This document shows, piece by piece, positions 29,601-36,491 of a DNA stretch of 64,000 nucleotides. Where the stretch lies: contig OY769902.1 in NCBI GenBank assembly GCA_963669175.1, positions 5,024,001 to 5,088,000 on the forward strand, read 5' to 3'. The DNA comes from a bacterium. GTDB taxonomy: Bacteria > Electryoneota > Electryoneia > Electryoneales > Electryoneaceae. A model generated the notes under the pieces. The model did not search any database, was not told where the DNA came from, and saw nothing but the letters and a program-made list of their open reading frames with translations. How positions within the stretch are numbered: the stretch's first letter is position 1; each line of letters begins with the position of its first letter. The translations under genes were made by a program, and so were the position numbers.

Positions 29601-29892
29601 AGACGGTTGACGTCTCACTATCAAGGATAACTTCCACCCCAGGATTGATCACCAGGTTCGATACCGAAAGATCACCCGTCACGATATAGGGACTGCCCTC
29701 AACCGTCCATGTGCCGGATACTGCACCGGATACATAAGTCTCGGCAGAGGTCAAGGGTGGGATAAGTAATTGCGTAAAGAGGATGAAAACAGTACACCAC
29801 AAGACAGAAAGAAGCGATTTGGAAAAGACAACAGCATGTGAAAGGTCACAATGAAAAACTCTAAGACACTGTTTGGCAAATTTGTCACTCAT
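26635..29892 (-). CDS. T9SS-sorted protein with two tandem beta-helix modules and an Ig-like linker
   Basis: GGAGG RBS before ATG 29892. Two copies of SP(Y/V)...PGVE...DSIYF, beta-helix and DP...SPxIDxG...DPDGS..DxGA; C-terminal YPNPFN...SSGVYF...KVILLQ. Confidence 0.88.
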   Translation of the reverse strand: MSDKFAKQCLRVFHCDLSHAVVFSKSLLSVLWCTVFILFTQLLIPPLTSAETYVSGAVSGTWTVEGSPYIVTGDLSVSNLVINPGVEVILDSETSTVFIAIQGQITANGQEGDSIYFHVADEEMSYFAFRQYGTSNPSLFHYCRMEGTVYFFADDTSTEIEIRQCSFPHIWPWDQACFIAQTGGYLLLEDLSINSNIFETLVNYGSVADITNVTIGSACVNSSFFVSHAAALSVDSLVMDNGRINIFDSGNIVVINSCIKDIYVYNTQSTLVENSRICTFSSRSEGNTEVTIMNNTFEYLGDPLENNRYNPTSVNIQGGQATFQNNIVDGGLYCNYLSSSSISYNLIKGNQIYNDCDGDYVNNTTVYQPDVPAPENTVITFADGGSLSIYNNLVIGYGDNTTNYGMYFNETTPAILRNNWFFRTGEMIGGPDPGFDNFAGDPRVTDLANGDLTLQAVSPLIDAGHANFNYDPDGSPPDIGAFYFDHRINHSPVYDAPRKGIAVTGHMFRYAARATDDGDAIDISYLNYPVWLHVELEEDELDAVEDSLVLTGMVPEDAEDFLFVLQYDTPADSAERATVHVRVCRSQLEGPVSGRLSIAESPVYISNNIYVNERDQLTIDPGVELLFRDTHDLGALVGFDIYGTVTLAGTAEDSIYFRSATSSAVDAWQGVYAEGDGILNLDYLVIEHALQPLWLEHYRDINLSHCRVSYYWGYCLLAPNDQATLLDSRFNHCGNNGVTLSAVLEKNCTIRNCSFYDIAKSAIRGHIVNIVVDSCDFTDCEKAILVVSDDNSNHYRVYYSNNTLNNLLYGVFIDNYLVPYSYIYINNNISRDVNMFYAYNEALRSHNNSILTNNTCINGRYFVIDFNSIEDNVTYKITNNIIDVDQYVFYSSFMEGVRNVRISYNQFVDSDIIHNVDRATLDSTENQCGDPLFVDAENGDYRLQPESPCIDTGDPEFPPDPDGSRSDRGALPFDPSWPAPDLKEAALPTEDAMLPGYPNPFNSTIMIPLELKQPGEVTLTVFNILGQQVAKRSLGQLGAGRQVVTWNSLGLSDMPVSSGVYFVCVHIARDGRSAFDGIQKVILLQ

Positions 29893-30038
29893 AACGCCTC
29901 CTGTGAGCCGTGCTGGAAGACCGTAATATGGTAGCAAGCTAAAGATATTTGTGCAATACATCAAGATGACTTGGCATAATATCCCATTTTCAACATATAG
30001 AAGCGGGCTGCCAACAATGAATCACTCACGGCTTATCA

Positions 30039-30308
30039 CTAGTGGACCATTGCACCTGATATGAGTTGTTCTGCTTGTTTTTGATGAGTCGAGTTCAAGG
30101 CAGTTTCACGAAATCATAGTGGTTCTATTCTAAGTGAAACTAACGCAGAAATCGGCCATCAAAAACAAACCCGAAGGGAGCGCGCGCTTTGCCCCATGAC
30201 TGCGTTGCTTTCCCTTGAAATAGCCCGCTATGTCTGTAGTCAAGCGCCTTGTCCTGAGGCAAAGCGCGCAGCTCAGAAAACATCATAGCAGGTGCAATGG
30301 TCCACTAG
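30039..30308. mobile_element. 270-bp MITE with 20-bp perfect terminal inverted repeats bounded by CTAG
   Basis: CTAGTGGACCATTGCACCTG (30039-30058) and CAGGTGCAATGGTCCACTAG (30289-30308); non-coding interior containing a hairpin. Confidence 0.85.
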
Positions 30309-30455
30309 CATGATAAAGAGTCCTTCTCACTCCCCAACCTCCCCTTGCAGTTTCCCACCCCAACCCCTATTCTCTCCCATGCACTTTGCCTGACGAAACG
30401 GCTCATATAGTCGAATCAGTATTGCAGGCGCTCACAACCAGCTACGGAGCTTATC

Positions 30456-32288
30456 ATGTCCTTATTCAACGACCTGAACCAAACATACCTGCAACGACAC
30501 ACCACACGTGAAGATGCCTTCTGGGCGAATAAAATGGGGCTCTCCACATACACGGACGGTGATTTCGAAAAACATGAATTTGCCTTGAAAGATTTCATCA
30601 CCGATGCCTCCTGGCTTCCGAAAATCCGTGAGGAACTGAAGCGGACCAATCTGACCGAAACGGAGCAGATCGGCCTGAACGGCTGGCTGAAATTCTTCGA
30701 GGCCAATGCCATTGAAAGCGAAGAAGCGAAAGCCTTGCAGAAGAAAATCATCGAGATGGAAGGCGAATTATATCGTGCCCGTGGAAAGATGAAACTTGGC
30801 TATATCGATCCGGAAACGGGCGAGTTCGTGGAAGCCAGCTCAGTGCAACTGCGCCTGATCATCCAGACCGATGCCAGCGAAGCCAAACGAAAGGCGGCCT
30901 GGGAAGGGCTGCGTTCGATTGAAACCTACGTATTGGAACATGGTTTCGCGGAAATCGTGAAGCAGCGTAACCGCCTGGGACGTCTGCTCGGTTACAAGGA
31001 CTTTTACGATTACCGTGTCAAGGTCAACGAAGGCTTTTCCAAGGAGAATCTGTTCGAACTTCTCGACGAGCTTGAGGTCAATACCCGTGAAGCCTGCAAG
31101 GCATCGGTAGAGCGTATCCGCAAAGAAAAGGGCGACGCTGCCGCGCAGGCCTGGAACTTCGAACAGGCTACAGCCGGTGATTTGAAAGCGGAAAAAGACC
31201 CGTACATGGGCTTCGATACGGCTTTCGAGCGCTGGGGACGTTCTTTTGCCGCGTTGGGCATCGGGTATCGTGGCGCGACACTTACTCTGGACCTGGTTGG
31301 ACGCAAAGGCAAGTACGAAAACGGTTTCATGCACGGCCCCGGCCCATCTTTCATGGACGGTGACACCTGGCGCCCGGCTCGCATCAATTTCACCTCTTTC
31401 GCGGTTCCGGGACAGATCGGCAGCGGGCAGAATGCGGCCGGAACTCTTTTCCATGAAGGCGGTCACGCGGCGCATTTTTCCAACATTCGTATGCCCGCGC
31501 CCTGCTTCTCACAGGAGTTCGCGCCGACCTCCATCGCGTTCGCCGAAACCCAGTCCATGTTCCTGGACAGCCTGGTCAATGATCCTGACTGGCTGACACG
31601 TTATGCCTTGGACAAGGACGGCAATGCCATGCCCTTCGACCTGATCGAAAAGGTGCTGGAAGAGGATTACCTGTATCGTGCCAACCTGCTGCGCAAACTG
31701 ATGGTAGTGCCGTATTTCGAGCGTCGTTTATACGACATGGCCGATGAGGAGCTGACAGCAGAAAACATTCTCAAGGCAGGACGTGAAATTGAAAAGCAGA
31801 TGGTGTATATGGATTCGGATTCCCGTCCGATTCTCGCCATTCCGCACCTTCTGGACAGCGAATCAAGCGCCTATTACCACGCTTATGTCCTGGCCCAGAT
31901 GGCGGTTTACCAGACTCGCGCCTACTTTATCAAGGAGTACGGCTATATCCTGGACAATCCCCAGGTCGGACCGGCGCTGGCGGAACATTACTGGAAGCCG
32001 GGCAACTCGAAGGACTTCCTGACACTGGTCGCGGAACTGGTTGGCGAGCCCTTCTCAGCGAAGGCAACCATCGACCTGGTCAACAAGGATATGAAGGATG
32101 TAATCGCCGATGCGAAGCAGGCCATCGACAGGGTGAAAACTCAGCCTGCGTTCGAAGGGCCGGTAAACCTCGATGCTACTATCAAGCTGATCCACGGCGA
32201 TGAAGTTATCGCCTCCACGGAGGATGGGACTTCTTTCGAAGATGCCGCGAAGACGTATGGCGCATGGATACGTAAGTTGGAAGAGTAG
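30456..32288 (+). CDS. M3-family zinc oligopeptidase
   Basis: TLFHEGGHAAH zinc motif, AFAETQSMFLD, PHLL...YYHAY. Confidence 0.88.
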   Translation: MSLFNDLNQTYLQRHTTREDAFWANKMGLSTYTDGDFEKHEFALKDFITDASWLPKIREELKRTNLTETEQIGLNGWLKFFEANAIESEEAKALQKKIIEMEGELYRARGKMKLGYIDPETGEFVEASSVQLRLIIQTDASEAKRKAAWEGLRSIETYVLEHGFAEIVKQRNRLGRLLGYKDFYDYRVKVNEGFSKENLFELLDELEVNTREACKASVERIRKEKGDAAAQAWNFEQATAGDLKAEKDPYMGFDTAFERWGRSFAALGIGYRGATLTLDLVGRKGKYENGFMHGPGPSFMDGDTWRPARINFTSFAVPGQIGSGQNAAGTLFHEGGHAAHFSNIRMPAPCFSQEFAPTSIAFAETQSMFLDSLVNDPDWLTRYALDKDGNAMPFDLIEKVLEEDYLYRANLLRKLMVVPYFERRLYDMADEELTAENILKAGREIEKQMVYMDSDSRPILAIPHLLDSESSAYYHAYVLAQMAVYQTRAYFIKEYGYILDNPQVGPALAEHYWKPGNSKDFLTLVAELVGEPFSAKATIDLVNKDMKDVIADAKQAIDRVKTQPAFEGPVNLDATIKLIHGDEVIASTEDGTSFEDAAKTYGAWIRKLEE

Positions 32289-32340
32289 CGTTTTTTCCAT
32301 TTGATATTTCGTAGAATGATATACATTGATAGATTCATCA

Positions 32341-32369
32341 GTAGTCCCGGCCAGGCATGGCCGGGCTAC
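32341..32369. repeat. GTAG-type REP palindrome CCCGGCCAGGCATGGCCGGGCTAC
   Basis: Further copies at about 58849, 61997 and 62115. Confidence 0.75.
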
Positions 32370-32551
32370 ATGTATTTTGGCCCCGCCGGCTTGAAGCACG
32401 CTGAAGCGAAGCGGAAGCGGCTGCCCGGCGGTGGTCTATTTTAAATAAATAAAGAGATTAGTCCACTTATTTTTATAGTAGCCTATACTAACCAGAAATC
32501 ATTGTTCCTGGAAATTGCCCTGTAGAGAGAGTTTGTTTATTGGAGATTACC

Positions 32552-32782
32552 ATGACCACAGCAGACTTGAAGATCACGTTCGCCATCAGCCAGAACCAGT
32601 TGGAGCTTTTCCTTCAGGACATCACTGCGGAACAGGCGGCCGAACGTCCCCACGACATCAACCCGATCAACTGGATTCTGGGCCATATACTAACCGAACG
32701 TCTTGAGGCGATCATGCTCATGGGCGTCAAGTTCCCCGAGGGCCGCCCACGCAAGCGCAAACGCAGTCGTGGCAACAAATAA
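32552..32782 (+). pseudogene. Truncated DinB-family gene fused to a basic GRPRKRK tail
   Basis: GGAGA RBS; DinB-like NPINWILGHIL. Only 76 aa, and the stop codon lies inside the repeat site at 32763-32802. Confidence 0.7.
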
Positions 32783-32802
32783 ACTACCGTCTGTCCCTAG
32801 TT
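32763..32802. repeat. Left site of the inverted pair flanking Sir2-HerA
   Basis: GCAGTCGTGGCAACAAATAAACTACCGTCTGTCCCTAGTT; its reverse complement matches 35993-36032 with few differences. Confidence 0.9.
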
Positions 32803-33041
32803 ATTCTTGAAGAGGCCGGTGTGCAAGCAGAAAAGAAAGACGTTTTCGTGATCGAGGTCGTTGACTCCTATCTTGAGGCGGCCTAACTTTCAAATACCCG
32901 AACGGTGGAACTCAATTTCCACCAAAACTCGGGACGCGACCGTATACTAGCGTATGACGATATCGTTCCGGGTACATGAAGAAGCTCTTCTGTCTAGTAT
33001 CCGTTTCAGTGGAAATTCTGTAGCAGCATTCGGAGCAGAAA

Positions 33042-34172
33042 ATGAGTCTAGCGGAGTTTTCAACCCCAGCCCTCCAACCCACTGTAGAGGAAATGAGGGA
33101 ACTATTTTCCCAGAGCAACCTCGCTTTTCTTCTTGGCGCTGGCTGCAGTAAGATCGCCAAGCTACCCCTTATGGATGGCCTGACGGATCAAGTGAAAACT
33201 CATAATGGTTTAAGTGACCAGACGAAGTATCTGTTGAATACAATGGAGAATAACTTCGCTGGAGGAAAAGCCTGCACGATAGAGGATTTTCTTAGCGAAC
33301 TTATCGATTACTACTCCATCACGTCAAGGCGGCAGTTCCGGGGCGCTACCGCTACTTCGCTCAAGATTGGCACACGAGACTTCAGTCCTAACGACCTCGA
33401 GGACGCGCTCAAGGAATTAAAAGGGGCTATATCGATTATCATAGGTGACATTGATGTCGATTCGACAACGCATCAACAGTTCGTTAAAGCAGTGCATTTT
33501 TCGCTGCAAGCTGGGAAGGCCCCCCGTTCTGTTGATTACTTCATTCTGAATTATGATACTTTGATTGAAGATGCTCTAGGCTTAGAAGGAGTCGATTACT
33601 GTGACGGCTTTGCAGGTGGAGCTACCGGGTGGTGGAAACCGGACTCCTTTAGGACTGCCAAGAAACCGAGTCGAGTTTTTAAGGTGCACGGTTCGATTGA
33701 CTGGTGTCTTCTCGATAAGGACCCGCTTCCACGTAGGATTCGAAAGGGGGTTAATACAGCTTCACTCAAGAGACATGTGTTGATCTATCCCGCAGCAACG
33801 AAATATCAGGAATCTCAGCGTGACCCATTCGCCACAATGCTTGGTAACATGCGTCAAAGCCTGTGTCCTTCTGAAGGTAAAGAAATGGTCCTGGCGATTT
33901 GCGGATATGGTTTTGGGGATTCGCATATTGATTTGGAAATTGAGAATGCTCTGCATCAATCGGAAGGAAGACTCACAGTAGTGGCGTTTGTTGGAACAGA
34001 TATACCTGAAGGCACACTAAAGAGATGGCTGGATGATTCGGCGATATCAGAACAAGTACGAGTGTATGCAAATAGAGGTTTTTTTCACGGCAGCAATTCA
34101 TTCAAACATGACGCTGATTTGTCTTGGTGGAAATTTGAGATTCTCACTCGGCTGCTTGGGGGTGAACGATGA
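33042..34172 (+). CDS. SIR2-like NADase of a Sir2-HerA defence system
   Basis: FLLGAGCS, FILNYDTLIE, YCDGF, FKVHGSIDW, LIYP, GYGFGDSHI. Confidence 0.92.
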   Translation: MSLAEFSTPALQPTVEEMRELFSQSNLAFLLGAGCSKIAKLPLMDGLTDQVKTHNGLSDQTKYLLNTMENNFAGGKACTIEDFLSELIDYYSITSRRQFRGATATSLKIGTRDFSPNDLEDALKELKGAISIIIGDIDVDSTTHQQFVKAVHFSLQAGKAPRSVDYFILNYDTLIEDALGLEGVDYCDGFAGGATGWWKPDSFRTAKKPSRVFKVHGSIDWCLLDKDPLPRRIRKGVNTASLKRHVLIYPAATKYQESQRDPFATMLGNMRQSLCPSEGKEMVLAICGYGFGDSHIDLEIENALHQSEGRLTVVAFVGTDIPEGTLKRWLDDSAISEQVRVYANRGFFHGSNSFKHDADLSWWKFEILTRLLGGER

Positions 34173-35938
34173 GTATTAGTAGAAAGCCAAATGAGCCGAT
34201 CTCAAATTTGGAAATCGGCGCTATCATCGAAGTGGATGGTACACGTATAGTTGCGGATCTCGATCCGAATATTAGTGAACTAACCCGCGTTTATGGTGGT
34301 TCTATTTATCCGATTGGGCAGTTTGGGTCCATCATCAAGATTCATTATGGCGTTAGGCTGATTTTCGGATATGTGGGCCGACTCCGGATGAAATCAGAGT
34401 ACGAGCGTGAGAAGGGCCTTGTCCCGGAATCGGTCGGAAGCGAGCGAATCATTGAGGCTGATTTATTTGGTGAAGGCCAGTGGAGTATTGACAGTGGAGA
34501 GTGGAAGCTAGAATTTGAACGAGGTGTAACAACTTTTCCTTTGCCCTTGCAGAAGGTCTATCTGACACCGCGCTCTGAATTGAGCTTCATCTATGGAGAA
34601 GGAACCGGCCCGACAATTCTTCTTGGCGAACACGTCGGCTCTGGTGGAACGCCTTGCTACGCGGAAATGAACGATCTTCTTGGCAAACACACGGCCATAT
34701 TGGGTTCTACTGGCGCTGGAAAGTCGGGAACAGTTGCCGCCGTTCTTCATTCTATTCTTGATCGAGGCAACGAAGCTCAACATTCGAAGTGGCATCCTCA
34801 AATCGTCGTTCTCGATCCACACAATGAATACGGTACGGCGTTTCCGCACCATGTGAGACTATGCACCGATGAGGACTCTCTCGAACTTCCATACTGGCTT
34901 CTCAATATGGAAGAAACGGTATCGCTTATAGTTGGAAGGACAGAGGAAGCCGCAACTTCACAGACAAATATTGTGATGAATGCGCTTTGGAGAGCTCGCC
35001 AAGAAGGGGCACGAAAACTTGGTATAGACGAGAACAGTATCACCGTTGATTCTCCAATTCCGTATTACATTGGCGACCCGCATGGCTTAGACGAACTCGG
35101 AGAAAAGAACGGAACAAGGGACAATAACCATGGTTTTGTGGGCGCAATTAACTCCCTGCGTCCAGATGGTCGCGACAAGAAAAAGCATGAAGGATACACC
35201 AAAGTCATTCGAAAAGTTGAATCGCTTTGTCGAGATACTCGGAAAGCGTTCATGATGAAAGAATGGGACGGCACCGCCGATCCGTTGCCCAGTATTGTTA
35301 AGCAGTTCATTGGCGACAGTGATCCCATCCGAATCGTGGATTTGTCCGGAGTCCCAAACGAAGTGGCAGGCGCGGCAAGTTCCGCGATTGCCAGGACGCT
35401 GTTTTCGGTGAAACTCTGGCAAACGCGGGAAGAGCGCGAAAAGAATCCTGTGCTCCTTGTCTGCGAAGAGGCACATCGTTACGTGCCGAATCGGGGCGAA
35501 GCGCAATACGAGGCCGCGCAGGATGCGATTCGAAGACTTGCCAAGGAAGGACGCAAATACGGCATTGGCTTGATGCTTGTTTCCCAGCGACCGAGTGAAG
35601 TTGAGGCAACCGTGTTATCACAGTGCAATTCATGGATCGTCTTGCGCATCACGAATGATTCGGATCGGAGTCATGTGCAAGGAATACTGCCTGATTCCCT
35701 TGCCGGATTGACAAAGGTTCTCTCCGGGCTTCGGCGTCGGGAAGCGATCTTTGTTGGACAAGCCGCCGTCTTGCCCTCACGAATTCTTATTCGGGACTTG
35801 GTGAAGGACGGGAAGCATCTTCCACGGTCTCAGGACATTGATTTTGATCAAGGATGGCAAAGCGAACCGTTGACTAATGATCCAATTAGTGAGATCGGCA
35901 GGAGATGGCGGCTTCAACGGAGGCCCACAGCCTCTTAG
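34169..35938 (+). CDS. HerA/FtsK-family ATPase of a Sir2-HerA defence system
   Basis: Walker A GSTGAGKS, LDPHNEY, Walker B VCEEAHRY, AKEGRKYG, SQRPSE. ATGA overlap with the SIR2 gene. Confidence 0.93.
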   Translation: MSISRKPNEPISNLEIGAIIEVDGTRIVADLDPNISELTRVYGGSIYPIGQFGSIIKIHYGVRLIFGYVGRLRMKSEYEREKGLVPESVGSERIIEADLFGEGQWSIDSGEWKLEFERGVTTFPLPLQKVYLTPRSELSFIYGEGTGPTILLGEHVGSGGTPCYAEMNDLLGKHTAILGSTGAGKSGTVAAVLHSILDRGNEAQHSKWHPQIVVLDPHNEYGTAFPHHVRLCTDEDSLELPYWLLNMEETVSLIVGRTEEAATSQTNIVMNALWRARQEGARKLGIDENSITVDSPIPYYIGDPHGLDELGEKNGTRDNNHGFVGAINSLRPDGRDKKKHEGYTKVIRKVESLCRDTRKAFMMKEWDGTADPLPSIVKQFIGDSDPIRIVDLSGVPNEVAGAASSAIARTLFSVKLWQTREEREKNPVLLVCEEAHRYVPNRGEAQYEAAQDAIRRLAKEGRKYGIGLMLVSQRPSEVEATVLSQCNSWIVLRITNDSDRSHVQGILPDSLAGLTKVLSGLRRREAIFVGQAAVLPSRILIRDLVKDGKHLPRSQDIDFDQGWQSEPLTNDPISEIGRRWRLQRRPTAS

Positions 35939-35990
35939 GAAATAGATCCTGCCACATAGCCCACTGTTTCTCACAGCGAACTTCCTTGGA

Positions 35991-36299
35991 AAAACCTGGG
36001 ACAGACGGTAGTTATTTCGTTGCCACGACTGCCTCTGTGCCTGGGTTATTAGTCGGCCAGATCAGAAGAACCCCGGCCATACGCAGCCGAGTTACCAGTC
36101 TTTGTCCTTGATATCCTTCTATCCTTCCATCCTGTGTGGCGTAGACGAAAAACTTGGGACAGACGGTAGTTTTTAAAACTAGGGACAGACGGTAGTTTTT
36201 TCGTTGCCACTAAAACTAGGGACAGACGGTAGTTTTTTCGTTGCCACGATTGCTTCTGTGCCTGAGTTTTATGTCGGCAGATCAGAGAAAACCCGGCCA
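35991..36299. repeat. Four direct copies of the AAAACYWGGGACAGACGGTAGTT site
   Basis: Copies start at 35991, 36149, 36175 and 36212. Copies 1 and 4 share about 88 nt; copies 2 and 3 stop after 26 and 37 nt. Confidence 0.9.
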
Positions 36300-36394
36300 A
36301 GATGACCGGGCTGAAGAAGTTACAATTCAGTATTTATCCTTGTAGTATTACGTCATTTATCCATTATCTTTTATCTTTTACCATTAATCAGTTT

Positions 36395-36490
36395 TTTTAT
36401 CCTTTAAATCCTATTATCCTATCATCCTGTTAAGCGCAGTTTATCTTTCCCATCCTGTTAAGCGCTGTTCATCCTGTACATCCTGTGAAT
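36395..36490. repeat. ATCCTG-rich low-complexity intergenic repeat
   Basis: The same motif family (or its complement CAGGAT) occurs at about 6855-6930, 25575-25685, 44700-44770 and 52515-52560. Confidence 0.7.
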
Positions 36491-36491
36491 A

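Noticed and set aside
26635-29892. Diversity-generating retroelement target
   Set aside because: No reverse transcriptase and no template/variable repeat pair differing at adenines were seen in the window.
32881-32940. Complete integron attC site
   Set aside because: GCCTAAC is present, but no matching GTTRRRY box at a suitable distance and no intI gene were seen.
36149-36250. Possible mini-CRISPR next to the defence genes
   Set aside because: The copies abut with no spacers and have unequal lengths; better explained as duplicated recombination sites.
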